Source of the DNA: a virus
Reading direction: 5' to 3' (one strand)
Length of the DNA stretch: 40,200 bases
Virus record (IMG/VR): IMGVR_UViG_3300028920_000694
Coordinates: 1 to 40,200 of that record
The notes beneath the pieces are model-generated. The model did not search any database, was not told the origin of the DNA, and saw nothing but the letters and a program-made list of their open reading frames with translations. This document shows positions 17,949 through 28,269 of this stretch, piece by piece (within the stretch, counting starts at the first letter, position 1; each line of letters starts with the position of its first letter). The translations under genes and the position numbers were made by a program.

Positions 17949-18844
17949 AAGAAATAAGAGATAAATATAAATTAGATGAGATTCTGGAATGGTTAGATAA
18001 AATAAAAGACTTAAAGATGCTTGCTCTTGGTGAAACTATTATAGATATGTATCAGTTTGGAATTGCTCTAGGAAAGTCAAGTAAGGCTCCAATAGTTGCA
18101 TTTCAATGTACAACCAGTGAAACATATCGAGGTGGAATAATTGCTATAAATGAACACTTAGAGAGTTTCATAAATGATATAGATTGCTGGACTCCAGATG
18201 TGTGTGTAGTGAAAAAGAGATATATACAGAATGGACAGAAATTATTTGAAGTGTATAATAATGCTGAGAATCCATATTATTATGATGATAACGAATCACT
18301 TGATGTGAAAGAGTATGATATAATTCTAATAGCAGACTTTGGACATGGAATGTTCAATAGAAAAATAAGAGATGAGATATGTGAATTCTCTAATTTCATT
18401 TCTTTGAATTGTCAGATGAATGCTGGAAATATGGGATTGAACACAATAAACAAATATGAATCAGCAGACTATATATGTATATCTGAACATGAACTTAGAC
18501 TTGCATTCAGTGAACAATATGCTGAGTTATCAGATATTCTGCTAGAGAATATAGAAGATGGAATCACAGTTGCAATTACTCAAGGAAAGAATGGATGCAC
18601 TATATACAAAGATAGAAACTTCTATTACACTCCTGCATTTGAAGAACATCCAGTAGATTCAACTGGAGCAGGAGATGCATTTCTAGCAATTACAACTCCA
18701 CTAGTATATGTAGGAGCACCATTAGATATAGTAGGATTCATAGGAAGTTGTGCGGGTAGTTTGGCATGCTCTTGGCAAGGAAATAAGAAATCAGTCACTA
18801 AGAAAGAATTAATTGAATATATAAGGAAGATTTATGAAAGATGA
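17945..18844 (+). CDS. PfkB family sugar kinase (HldE/RfaE kinase-like)
   Basis: GETIID.Y, GKSSK.P, DFGHG, TQGKNG, VDSTGAGDAFLA. Confidence 0.85.
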   Translation: MKEIRDKYKLDEILEWLDKIKDLKMLALGETIIDMYQFGIALGKSSKAPIVAFQCTTSETYRGGIIAINEHLESFINDIDCWTPDVCVVKKRYIQNGQKLFEVYNNAENPYYYDDNESLDVKEYDIILIADFGHGMFNRKIRDEICEFSNFISLNCQMNAGNMGLNTINKYESADYICISEHELRLAFSEQYAELSDILLENIEDGITVAITQGKNGCTIYKDRNFYYTPAFEEHPVDSTGAGDAFLAITTPLVYVGAPLDIVGFIGSCAGSLACSWQGNKKSVTKKELIEYIRKIYER

Positions 18845-19880
18845 ATTCTTAATAGATAGACATAAGCTAAACTATCATCCAGAAGAAGTATCCTGCTGGT
18901 TAAAGAAAGAACCATTCTATCCTATCTATGTAGAGATAAGTCCAACCAATAGATGCAATCACAGGTGCATCTTCTGTGGATTTGGATACACTGAACATAA
19001 GAATCAAGACTTAGATACTGAATATTTATCTATTGCCATTCAATCTATGGCTGAGTGTGGAATTAAGGCAATCATGTTCTGTGGAGAAGGTGAACCTCTT
19101 CTTCATCCAGACATAGCAGATTTAATCAAGCTAGCTAAAGAATTAGGAATAGATGTATCACTAACTACTAATGGAGTTCTAATGAATGAAGAGTTCCTAA
19201 AGAATGCTCTACCTTATCTAGACTGGATAAAGGTTAGTGTTGATGGAGGAACACCTGAAACATATTCTAAAGTTCATGGATGCAAGAAGTCTGACTTCAA
19301 TACTCTGATGAAGAATCTAGAAACTGCAGTAGAGATTAGAGATAAGAATAACTATTCATGCACTATAGGAACACAATCAATTCTATTAGATGAGAACACT
19401 CTAGAGATATATGATTTAGCTAGAACATTAAAGAAGACAGGTGTAGATTACTTTGTCATTAAACCATATACACCACATCCATACAATAAAGATAATCTAG
19501 ATATAAATGAACTACAAGATGTTTGGAATTGGTTCGGAGACCAACGTGTGTTGGATTTAAAAGATGATAAATTTGATGTGATTGTTAGATACACTGCATT
19601 TGAGAATCAAGACTTAGAAAGAGAGTATCATGATTGTTATGCTAGTGATTTCTGGTGTTATATAGGATCTGATGGTGCAATATACATCTGTAATAACTAT
19701 CTAGGCAATTCAGACTATATCTATGGAAATATATATCAGAAGACATTCAAAGAAATATGGGACACCAGACCACATATAGATATTGATTTAAATAACTGTA
19801 GAAAGATATGTAGAATGAATGAGGTGAATAAGTACCTATGGAGAATGAAGAATCCACCAGCTCACAAGAACTTTATTTAA
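18834..19880 (+). CDS. radical SAM/SPASM domain protein
   Basis: CNHRCIFC, GEGEPLLHP, TTNG, C...DGAIYIC...GNI...CRKIC. Confidence 0.9.
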   Translation: MKDEFLIDRHKLNYHPEEVSCWLKKEPFYPIYVEISPTNRCNHRCIFCGFGYTEHKNQDLDTEYLSIAIQSMAECGIKAIMFCGEGEPLLHPDIADLIKLAKELGIDVSLTTNGVLMNEEFLKNALPYLDWIKVSVDGGTPETYSKVHGCKKSDFNTLMKNLETAVEIRDKNNYSCTIGTQSILLDENTLEIYDLARTLKKTGVDYFVIKPYTPHPYNKDNLDINELQDVWNWFGDQRVLDLKDDKFDVIVRYTAFENQDLEREYHDCYASDFWCYIGSDGAIYICNNYLGNSDYIYGNIYQKTFKEIWDTRPHIDIDLNNCRKICRMNEVNKYLWRMKNPPAHKNFI

Positions 19881-20596
19881 AGGCTAAACAAATCAGAAGA
19901 GATGCATTTGAATTAGGAGTAGAGTATAAGATAGGACACATAGCATCCTCTCTATCTACAGTAGAGATTCTAGTTGCTCTCTATTATGATATAATGAATG
20001 AAGATGATATATTCATTCTATCTAAGGGACATGGATGCCTTGCTTGGTATGCAGTCCTTAGAGATAAAGGATTGAATCCAAAAATCTCTGGACATCCTGA
20101 TATAGACATAGAGAATGGAATCCCATGCACCACTGGAAGTCTAGGTCATGGACTGCCTGTTGGAGTAGGAATGGCTCTAGCAAAGAAACTTAAGAGTGAA
20201 TCTGGTAGAGTATTTGTTCTCTGTGGTGATGGAGAATTCCAAGAAGGAAGTATGTGGGAATCCTTACTCATAGCATCTCATCATCAATTAGATAATCTAT
20301 TTATTTTTATAGATAGAAACAGATTACAATCATTAGATGAAACAGAAGAAATACTATCAGTGGAAGATTTATATACAAAGCTATGTGCATTCAATTGTCC
20401 AGTAAATGAAATAGATGGACATGATATAAAGAATATAAAATATATGATAGATACATATGAATTATCCAATCCAAGATGTGTGATTGCAAATACAGTTAAA
20501 GGTAAAGGAATCTCATATATGGAAGGAATCTCTAAATGGCATCATAGACTACCAAATGAAGAAGAATTAAGAATAGCCAGAGAGGAATTGAAATGA
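19838..20596 (+). CDS. transketolase N-terminal (TPP-binding) subunit
   Basis: GHIASSLS, LSKGH, GHP, TGSLGHGL, GDGEFQEGSMWE, NTVKGKG, WHH. Confidence 0.92.
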   Translation: MENEESTSSQELYLKAKQIRRDAFELGVEYKIGHIASSLSTVEILVALYYDIMNEDDIFILSKGHGCLAWYAVLRDKGLNPKISGHPDIDIENGIPCTTGSLGHGLPVGVGMALAKKLKSESGRVFVLCGDGEFQEGSMWESLLIASHHQLDNLFIFIDRNRLQSLDETEEILSVEDLYTKLCAFNCPVNEIDGHDIKNIKYMIDTYELSNPRCVIANTVKGKGISYMEGISKWHHRLPNEEELRIAREELK

Positions 20597-21072
20597 GAAG
20601 AGCATTCAGTGAATGGATAACGAATAAAGCATCTGAAGATGAGAAAATATATCTTCTGGTGAATGATATAGGATATGGATACTTTGATGAATTCAAGAAG
20701 AAGTTCCCAGATAGGTTCCTGAATCTAGGAATCACAGAGCAGGCAACTATGAGTATAGCAGCAGGTATGGCACTCTCTGGATTGAAACCATATGTGTATT
20801 CAATAACTCCATTTGTGACAGAGAGATGTCTGGAGCAAATAAAGGTAGATGTAGATTGTAATGAAGCTAATGTAGTGATTGTTGGATATGATGACTATCC
20901 AAATCAGGGACCAACTCATGCATCTTGTGGAGAAGGAGAGTTTATGTGTATGTTTCCAAACATAAATAGTTACTGGCCAATAAATGGAATGGAAGTATTT
21001 GAATGTTTAGATTATATATACGAATGTAATAGAGCAGGATTCTTAAGATTAAGGAGGGATAAAGATAGATAA
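20593..21072 (+). CDS. transketolase pyrimidine-binding subunit (lacks C-terminal domain)
   Basis: MRRAF, DIGYG, FPDRFLNLGITEQ, ERCLEQIK, GPTH; ends at FLRL. Confidence 0.88.
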   Translation: MRRAFSEWITNKASEDEKIYLLVNDIGYGYFDEFKKKFPDRFLNLGITEQATMSIAAGMALSGLKPYVYSITPFVTERCLEQIKVDVDCNEANVVIVGYDDYPNQGPTHASCGEGEFMCMFPNINSYWPINGMEVFECLDYIYECNRAGFLRLRRDKDR

Positions 21073-21079
21073 ATTTGGA

Positions 21080-22135
21080 ATGACTAGCTGTAAGTTAATC
21101 TATCATTTAGATAGACTACAGAAGTGGCTAGATGGAGAACACTTTCCACCGATACATATAGATTTAGGAATAACCACTGGATGCAATGCTAAGTGTAAGT
21201 TCTGCTATGGACAGTTTATAGGTCAGACTCCATTGAAGAATGCATATCACATGGATAAGTCGATAGCATTTAAATTATTCAATGAATCAAAAGTTGCAGG
21301 AATCAAATCAATCACTCTAATAGGTGAGGGTGAGAACACCATTCATCCAGACTTCTATGACATCATCAACTTTGGAAAGAGTATAGGAATGGATTTAGCT
21401 ATTGCAACTAATGGAATCTTCATCAAGAAGGAGAAAATGAAAGAATTCCTAGAAGCATTCACTTGGGTGAGGATTAGTCTCTGTGCATCTAATAAAGACT
21501 TGTATAAGAAGATTCATGGAGTGAATCAATTCAATGCAGTCTGGGAGAACATCAAAGAGTTAGTTAAGATAAAGAAGAAGTATAAATTAGATACCACAAT
21601 AGGAGTGCAGATGGTAGTCATCAAGGACAACATCTCTGACATAGAGAATATGGCTAGATTCTGTAAGTATCTGGGAGTAGATTATCTAGTGATTAAACCA
21701 TGTGCTGATACACCAGATAAGAAGTTCAAGATTCCATTCAGTAGATTAAAGAAACTGAATGCAGAGTTCAAGAAAGCTGAAGCACATTCAACAGATATGT
21801 ATGATGTAATCATCAAGAGAAATAAATTCAAAGCAGGAAACAAACATCCATTCAAGGTATGTTATGCTACACCATTTGCAATCTCTATGGATGCTCATGG
21901 AAATGTAGCTCCTTGTGGTCATCTGCTTGGATATAAGAGTAAGGAGTTTAATATGGGAAATATTCATAATCAATCAATGACAGAAATAATCAATTCAGAG
22001 AAATACTGGAACATTCACAAAAAAGTGGAATCTCTGGATTTAGATAAGGAATGTGAGACTAACTGTATGCAATGGAACATGTGTGTGTTTTTGGATGGTA
22101 TTAAGAAGAGGCCATCTCATCTGAACTTTCCATGA
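21080..22135 (+). CDS. radical SAM/SPASM domain protein
   Basis: CNAKCKFC, GEGEN, ATNG, C...GNVAPC...GNI...CETNC. Confidence 0.9.
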   Translation: MTSCKLIYHLDRLQKWLDGEHFPPIHIDLGITTGCNAKCKFCYGQFIGQTPLKNAYHMDKSIAFKLFNESKVAGIKSITLIGEGENTIHPDFYDIINFGKSIGMDLAIATNGIFIKKEKMKEFLEAFTWVRISLCASNKDLYKKIHGVNQFNAVWENIKELVKIKKKYKLDTTIGVQMVVIKDNISDIENMARFCKYLGVDYLVIKPCADTPDKKFKIPFSRLKKLNAEFKKAEAHSTDMYDVIIKRNKFKAGNKHPFKVCYATPFAISMDAHGNVAPCGHLLGYKSKEFNMGNIHNQSMTEIINSEKYWNIHKKVESLDLDKECETNCMQWNMCVFLDGIKKRPSHLNFP

Positions 22136-23247
22136 GTAAACTAATTCTAGATGGAACCAAGCTACCTTATCATATGGATAGGGTGAAGGCTTGGTTAGAT
22201 GGTGAGAGAGTTGCTCCAATCACTGTAGAGTGGGCACTCTCTAGAAAATGTACATATAGATGTAAGTATGATAACTATTGCTATACAGAGAAAGAGAGAA
22301 CACAGAATGATGTAATCACCAGAAGAGTTGCATATAGATTTCTAGAAGACTGTGCCGAAGTAGGAGTCAAAGGAGTTCCTTTAGGATGTGATGGGGAGAG
22401 TACTTGCAATCCAATCATCTATGATGTGATTCCTTATTCAGTAGAATGTGGTTTAGATACTGCTATGTCAACTAATGGATATCTTCTAGATGATGAGAAA
22501 CTACATAAGATACTTCCATATATGAAATATATACGATACAATGTATCTGCAGCAGAACCAGAACCTTATGGATATGTTCATGGATGTCATCCTAAATGTT
22601 TCAATAAGGTATACAATACAGTCAAGAGATCGGTAGAGTTAAAAGAGGAACTAGGATTAGATATAACTATAGGACTACAGATGGTTCTACTTCCACAGTT
22701 TGGAAGTCAGATAATTCCAATGGCTAAACTAGGAGAAGAATTAGGTGTAGATTACACAGTCATAAAGCATTGTTCTGATGATAGAATTAAAGGCATAGGA
22801 ATAGATTTCAATAAATATCATGAATTGACCCCATTACTTAAACAAGCAGAAGCAATGACTACAGATAAACATCGAGTAGTTATTAAGTGGTCAAAGTTAA
22901 TGTCTGGTGGAGAGAAAGAATATAAGTATTGCTATGGACCAATCTTTCTCCAGCAGGTATCCTCATCTGGAATCATTGGACCATGTGGAACATTCTTCAA
23001 TGAGAAGGATAAATGGTTCAATGTAGGCAACATAGTGAATCAGAGATATAAAGATATAGTGAAGAGTGACCATTACTGGGATGTGATGAATCGTCTAGCA
23101 TCAGATGATTTTGATAATAAGAAGTGTTGGTCTATGTGTTTCCAGCATAAGGTAAATCAATTCCTCTGGAAGTTGAAACAGGGAGAGATTAAGTTGGAAG
23201 ATGTGATACCGAAAGAAGAAACTACAGGACATGTGAATTTTATATGA
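22132..23247 (+). CDS. radical SAM/SPASM domain protein with atypical CX3CX5C motif
   Basis: CTYRCKYDNYC, DGES, STNG, CYGP...GPC...GNI...CWSMC. Confidence 0.88.
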   Translation: MSKLILDGTKLPYHMDRVKAWLDGERVAPITVEWALSRKCTYRCKYDNYCYTEKERTQNDVITRRVAYRFLEDCAEVGVKGVPLGCDGESTCNPIIYDVIPYSVECGLDTAMSTNGYLLDDEKLHKILPYMKYIRYNVSAAEPEPYGYVHGCHPKCFNKVYNTVKRSVELKEELGLDITIGLQMVLLPQFGSQIIPMAKLGEELGVDYTVIKHCSDDRIKGIGIDFNKYHELTPLLKQAEAMTTDKHRVVIKWSKLMSGGEKEYKYCYGPIFLQQVSSSGIIGPCGTFFNEKDKWFNVGNIVNQRYKDIVKSDHYWDVMNRLASDDFDNKKCWSMCFQHKVNQFLWKLKQGEIKLEDVIPKEETTGHVNFI

Positions 23248-24083
23248 AGATATTAGTGTTTGGCTCCACTGGAGCATTAGGAACTGCACTTGAAGAAGTG
23301 TGTGATGAGAGAGATGTAGAATATATAGGAATGTCTCATTCAGATGTAGACATCATCCATTCTAGAGCAGTTGAAGAAATCATAGATAAAGTCTCACCAG
23401 ATGCAATTATAAATACAGTTGCAATCATAGCTCCAAGAAATTGTCTACAGAGTATCAGATATTCAACTGAAGTGAACTCTCTGTTTCCTAATTTTCTAGC
23501 ATCACTATGTAATGCACTGGATATCACTCTAGTTCAGCCTAGCACACATTCTGTATTTGATGGATGCAAATATCTACCATATACAGAAAATGATATTCCT
23601 AATCCAATTAATATCTATGGAGCACAGAAACTGATTGCAGAATCTGCAGTTAGACATAATTGTAAGAAACATTATATCACAAGATTCCCAACTATGTTTG
23701 GACCTAGAAGAAATAAATCTCTAGGATTTGTAGATAAAATGATTCAGAGGATTCGGAATGGAGAAGATTTGATGGTTGCAGTAGATAAGATAGATTCACT
23801 TAGTTATACTATGGATGTAGCAGATAGATTGATTGATTTACTTGAGAATGAATATCCATATGGAATATATCATGTAGCTAACTCTGGAGTGACTAGTTAT
23901 TATGAATTTGTAGATGAACTAAGGAGACTCATGAATTCTGATGTGGTGGTTAAGAGAGCATTAGATTCAGACTTTCCATCACCAGAACCTAATCCAATCT
24001 ATACTGCACTTGAATCAACTAAGCTAGATTCAATTAGAGGATGGGAAGATGCACTTGAAGAATATGTAGTGGAGTATTTATGA
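23244..24083 (+). CDS. rmlD: dTDP-4-dehydrorhamnose reductase family protein
   Basis: GSTGALG, STHSVFDG, PYTE.D.PNPINIYGAQKL.AE, GIYHVANSG. Confidence 0.85.
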   Translation: MKILVFGSTGALGTALEEVCDERDVEYIGMSHSDVDIIHSRAVEEIIDKVSPDAIINTVAIIAPRNCLQSIRYSTEVNSLFPNFLASLCNALDITLVQPSTHSVFDGCKYLPYTENDIPNPINIYGAQKLIAESAVRHNCKKHYITRFPTMFGPRRNKSLGFVDKMIQRIRNGEDLMVAVDKIDSLSYTMDVADRLIDLLENEYPYGIYHVANSGVTSYYEFVDELRRLMNSDVVVKRALDSDFPSPEPNPIYTALESTKLDSIRGWEDALEEYVVEYL

Positions 24084-24829
24084 AGACAAGAATTAGAGAA
24101 AGGTGTGCTATCTGTGGAGAGAAGTTAGAGGAACCTCTAATCAAGTTGCCTAACTATCCACTTACAGAGAGATACTCAAAGAAGAAATCTAAAGGAATAT
24201 ATGTAGACCAAGGATTCTGCTATTGTAATAACTGTGGACATGGACAACTGAAGACTATCATAGATAAAGACATTCTCTATGGAAACTATGATTATAGAAC
24301 AACTACATCTACTGGTGGAGGTAGAGAAGGCATCAAGCATCTATTGCAATTTATGGATGAGAACATCAAAAAGAATTTCAATAAGATAGTAGAGATAGGG
24401 TGCAATGATGGATTTCTCTTGAGAACTCTACAGAATAGAGCAGACATCCTTATAGGAATAGATCCAACTATCAAAACAAGAAGAGAAGATGATATATTCT
24501 TCATAGGAGATTACTGGGAGAATACAGATGTAGATTTATCTGGTGCATTGGTATTATGTAATCATGTTCTGGAACATCTAGAAGAACCAAGATTCCTGAT
24601 TCAGAGTCTTCTATCTAGAGCAGATAAGAAAACTATATTCGTATTCAGTTTTCCTATTCTAGACTTCCTAGTAGAGGATATGAGATTTGACCAGATATTC
24701 CATCACCATCTACATTACTTCTCAATTGACTCAATGCTTTATCTACTTAATGAACTAGGATGCAATTTCTATTATGAATGTAATCCCAATTTCTGGGGTA
24801 GTATGTATATAATCTTCTGGAAAGCATGA
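24080..24829 (+). CDS. NDP-hexose C-methyltransferase, N-terminal Zn-binding and SAM domains
   Basis: CAIC...CNNCGHGQL, EIGCNDG, GIDP, HVLEH, FDQIFHHHLHYFS. Confidence 0.85.
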   Translation: MKTRIRERCAICGEKLEEPLIKLPNYPLTERYSKKKSKGIYVDQGFCYCNNCGHGQLKTIIDKDILYGNYDYRTTTSTGGGREGIKHLLQFMDENIKKNFNKIVEIGCNDGFLLRTLQNRADILIGIDPTIKTRREDDIFFIGDYWENTDVDLSGALVLCNHVLEHLEEPRFLIQSLLSRADKKTIFVFSFPILDFLVEDMRFDQIFHHHLHYFSIDSMLYLLNELGCNFYYECNPNFWGSMYIIFWKA

Positions 24830-25194
24830 TGAAAGAAAAAGAAATACTTGAACAATATATGAAGTTTCTGAAGCAGATGGAAAATATGCAACATTATTTA
24901 GAAGAACACAAAAATCAACCAGTGTATGCATATGGGGCTAGTTATCAACTACCGATACTGAATTACTATGTTCCTAGAATAGGAGCACAAGTGAAGTATG
25001 TTCTAGATGATGATGAGAATAAAAAAGGACTAAGATATCTTGGAATGAAACAAGAGATAATCCCTCCAGATGATGAACTTCCTTGGGATGCTAGTTATAT
25101 CTTAATCACTGCAATCAACTTCTCTAGACAAATACTTCAGAATGTAATTAAGAAACATCCAAAGAGAATATATCTACCATTGAATGGCATATGA
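24826..25194 (+). CDS. NDP-hexose C-methyltransferase C-terminal domain (separate gene)
   Basis: VYAYGAS, YVLDDDENKKG.Y.G...IIPP, ILITAINF. Confidence 0.75.
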   Translation: MMKEKEILEQYMKFLKQMENMQHYLEEHKNQPVYAYGASYQLPILNYYVPRIGAQVKYVLDDDENKKGLRYLGMKQEIIPPDDELPWDASYILITAINFSRQILQNVIKKHPKRIYLPLNGI

Positions 25195-25985
25195 AGAATG
25201 TAATGTATATATTAGCATCTGGACCATCTATAGCAGATATTACTGATGAGGAATGGAAATTCTTGGAAGATAAGAAAACATTAGGAATTGGTGGATTCCC
25301 ATATTCAAATAGAAAGACAACATATTATATGAATATAGAAACTCCAGAAATATGCAAACAATATATAGAAGTGATATATATGAATGGATTTATTGATACT
25401 ACATTGATATCCCCATATATAAAGTCAATGATATTGGCAAATGCATTAGGATTCAAGAAGTTCATACCAATAATAACTGGAACTGCCTTATTCATGCCAG
25501 ATAGAAAAGGATGGTTCATGGATGAAGAATATCCTCCACACAAATTCAAGAATTGCAGAGCAAATAAATTCTATCAACCACTATTCAGATTTAGAGGTTC
25601 ATTATCTGCAGCAATCAACTTGTCTTTATTACTCCATGCAGATGAAATAAGATTAGTTGGTGTTGATTTGGCATCACATGAGCATTTCTATAATGAAAAC
25701 ATAAATATATCAAAAGATAAATATGATAAGAGAATATCCAGTAGAAAATATTCATATGCTAAATCAGGATTTGATTTTGATGAGAAGACCATGCATTCAA
25801 CAGATATTCCATATAGAGATGTTAGCAGATGGGGAAATAGATTACTTAGACCAATTTCTGATGTGATTCAGTGGATGAATCAAGAATTACTGGAAGAGGG
25901 ACATAATGGAATATTTATCACTAGCAAGAAGAGTAAATTGTATATAGAAAATAAGTTAGAATATAAGTCAATTACAGATGAATAG
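25191..25985 (+). CDS. Maf/DUF115-like putative CMP-sugar (ulosonic acid) transferase, paralog 1
   Basis: YILASGPSI...SAAINL...ADEIRLVGVDL...HFY pattern. Confidence 0.55.
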   Translation: MKNVMYILASGPSIADITDEEWKFLEDKKTLGIGGFPYSNRKTTYYMNIETPEICKQYIEVIYMNGFIDTTLISPYIKSMILANALGFKKFIPIITGTALFMPDRKGWFMDEEYPPHKFKNCRANKFYQPLFRFRGSLSAAINLSLLLHADEIRLVGVDLASHEHFYNENINISKDKYDKRISSRKYSYAKSGFDFDEKTMHSTDIPYRDVSRWGNRLLRPISDVIQWMNQELLEEGHNGIFITSKKSKLYIENKLEYKSITDE

Positions 25986-26841
25986 AGTAATATATATACT
26001 CGGAACAGGCTTAAGCATTAATGACATATCAGAAGAAGAGTGGAAGTTTCTAGAAGATAAAGAAACTCTTGGCTTTGGAGGATTCTGCTATTCAGGTATC
26101 CCAACTAAATACTATATGACATATGAAAAGGTAAATAGACCATTATCAACATTAAGAAATAAGAAGATAAACTATGACAATAATTTCGATATCAAGTTAA
26201 GTGTGATAAATGAATATAGAAATACAGATACTCATATGTTCCTATTCTTTGAAGAAGATATAAGATATGCAATTAAATGTGGATTCAAAAAGATAACTCC
26301 AATAATCAGAAGCAGTGCACTCTTTCTACCTTCTAGAAGAGGATGGTTTATGAATGAGCCAGAACCACCACATACATTTATGCAAACAAGAGCACATTCA
26401 TCATTAGAGCCTCTATTTAGATTTAGAGGTTCACTTTCAGCCACTGTTAATATAGCACTCCTTTTACGTGCTGATGAGATTAGGCTTGTAGGAATTGATT
26501 TGCATCCACAGATAGATTTCTATCAAGATGATCCAGATAAGTGGATTAAGAATGAAGTAGTTAAAGAAGTGTTCATGAATGTGATTATGGATCAGAGAAG
26601 AAGAAAGAATAAATTCAAGACTAGAATACATGAAGAATATGATGTAGATGAGATGCACTTCACTAATGTTCCATATTATGATAGGAATAGATGGAGAGAT
26701 AATGCACTTCGACCTATGTCAGATGTAGTTGAATGGATGGATAAAGAAATGAGGAAAGAAGGAAAGGAAGGCATCTTCTGTACTAGCAAGAGAAGTGTTT
26801 TGTGTGATAGACTTGAATATAAAGGCATAATGGAGAAATAA
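25978..26841 (+). CDS. Maf/DUF115-like putative CMP-sugar transferase, paralog 2
   Basis: YILGTGLSI...ADEIRLVGIDL...FY; shares EEWKFLEDK and PLFRFRGSLSA with the upstream gene. Confidence 0.55.
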   Translation: MNRVIYILGTGLSINDISEEEWKFLEDKETLGFGGFCYSGIPTKYYMTYEKVNRPLSTLRNKKINYDNNFDIKLSVINEYRNTDTHMFLFFEEDIRYAIKCGFKKITPIIRSSALFLPSRRGWFMNEPEPPHTFMQTRAHSSLEPLFRFRGSLSATVNIALLLRADEIRLVGIDLHPQIDFYQDDPDKWIKNEVVKEVFMNVIMDQRRRKNKFKTRIHEEYDVDEMHFTNVPYYDRNRWRDNALRPMSDVVEWMDKEMRKEGKEGIFCTSKRSVLCDRLEYKGIMEK

Positions 26842-26884
26842 ATGCTACATAAAGCAATGTATAAGTTTATAAAGGATATACAGT

Positions 26885-27595
26885 ATGAAATTAGGAATTT
26901 CAAATATAGCAGTGGGTGATGATATAGGTGCAATCAATTCATTAGATTGTGATGGAATTGAACTGGCAGTTGGATTGATTCCTATAGGTGAGATAGAGAA
27001 AGAAGTGATTGGACTACATGCACTTATGTATAACAATGATTGGAATATCTTTAGAGATACAATACATATAAATGGATATATAGAACAGATATCCAGAATG
27101 TGCAATGATTTGAATGGAAAGTATCTAGTGTTTGGTTCTCCAAAAAATAGAAGAATAGATGGAATGTCTAGATTCAGATATAAGAATAGAGCAATCAAGT
27201 TCTTTAGGCAATGTGCAAAAACAGCAGAAGATTATGGACTCTACTTCCTAATAGAACCCCTACCTAAATCATTGACTAATTTCATTAATGATTCAGATAC
27301 AGCAGTCAGATTAATTGATAGAATACATCATGAACACTTTAGATTACATTTAGATATAGGAGCAATGCTAGAATCAAAGGAACATTATGGTAGAATATTC
27401 AATGCATATGGTGATTATATTAAACATGTGCATGTAAATGACTTCCTATTGAAACCCCCAATGAGTAAACTACATGAGCATGTTGGAGTGGAATTAAAAG
27501 AATCTGGATATGATGGATATGTATCTATAGAGATGAAGAAGGAATATGGAATGTTAGATGAAAGTATAGAGTATGTAAGAGAGTGTTATATATGA
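26885..27595 (+). CDS. sugar phosphate isomerase/epimerase (TIM barrel, ketose 3-epimerase-like)
   Basis: MKLGISNIA, LVFGSPKNR, IEP, LHLDIG, HVH, VSIEM metal ligands. Confidence 0.85.
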   Translation: MKLGISNIAVGDDIGAINSLDCDGIELAVGLIPIGEIEKEVIGLHALMYNNDWNIFRDTIHINGYIEQISRMCNDLNGKYLVFGSPKNRRIDGMSRFRYKNRAIKFFRQCAKTAEDYGLYFLIEPLPKSLTNFINDSDTAVRLIDRIHHEHFRLHLDIGAMLESKEHYGRIFNAYGDYIKHVHVNDFLLKPPMSKLHEHVGVELKESGYDGYVSIEMKKEYGMLDESIEYVRECYI

Positions 27596-28269
27596 GGATA
27601 TTAGTAGTTGGAGGCAGTGGAGATATAGGTCAAGGAATCCTTGATGTGATTCCAACACAAGAGCATTTAGTTGGTGCTCATTACTTTAAGAATAAGAAAT
27701 ATCACTATCAAGTGGAATGGTTCCAAGCAGATTTAAGAGACACAACTCAGAACATTCAATTAATTAAAGACTTTGTAGATTGGGCTGATGGAATAGATGT
27801 ATTGATTATTGCATCTGGTGGAAGATTCGAGAACTGGAAAGAAGATGTAGAATTGAATTTGATGTCTCCATACATTCTATCTAACTGGGCAATGAAGTTC
27901 ATGAAGAAGAATCATGAGTTAAATAAGATAATCTTTATAGGCACTGCATCTGCACTTCATGGTGCAGGAAATAAGAATATCTCTTATGGACTAGCAAAGG
28001 CTGGATTAGTCTCTCTAACTAAAGCAATGGCAAGAGATGGTTCTAAATATAATATCCTAGTGAATTGTATAGCACCTGGATACATAGAGACTAAATCACA
28101 GAAGAAGTGGAAGACAGAAGAGGAGATTAAGAAGAGGATAGAGATGATTCCTCTAGGTAGAGCTGGAACTACCAGAGATATAGGAGAACTAGTATGGTTT
28201 CTTGTATCTGAAAAGAACAGATTTATTAATGGGCAATATATTCAAATAGATGGAGGAGATTGGTTATAG
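27592..28269 (+). CDS. SDR family oxidoreductase (FabG-like)
   Basis: GGSGDIG, YGLAK, VNCIAPGYIET, IPLGRAG, FINGQ.IQIDGG. Confidence 0.9.
   Translation: MRILVVGGSGDIGQGILDVIPTQEHLVGAHYFKNKKYHYQVEWFQADLRDTTQNIQLIKDFVDWADGIDVLIIASGGRFENWKEDVELNLMSPYILSNWAMKFMKKNHELNKIIFIGTASALHGAGNKNISYGLAKAGLVSLTKAMARDGSKYNILVNCIAPGYIETKSQKKWKTEEEIKKRIEMIPLGRAGTTRDIGELVWFLVSEKNRFINGQYIQIDGGDWL

Noticed and set aside
24080-25194. C-methyltransferase pseudogene or programmed frameshift
   Set aside because: The break falls at a domain boundary with a clean ATGA overlap like many others here; no obvious slippery site.
26842-26884. Archaeal TATA box TTTATAAA at 26866-26873
   Set aside because: Only 11 nt before the ATG, too close for normal spacing, and such words are expected in AT-rich DNA.
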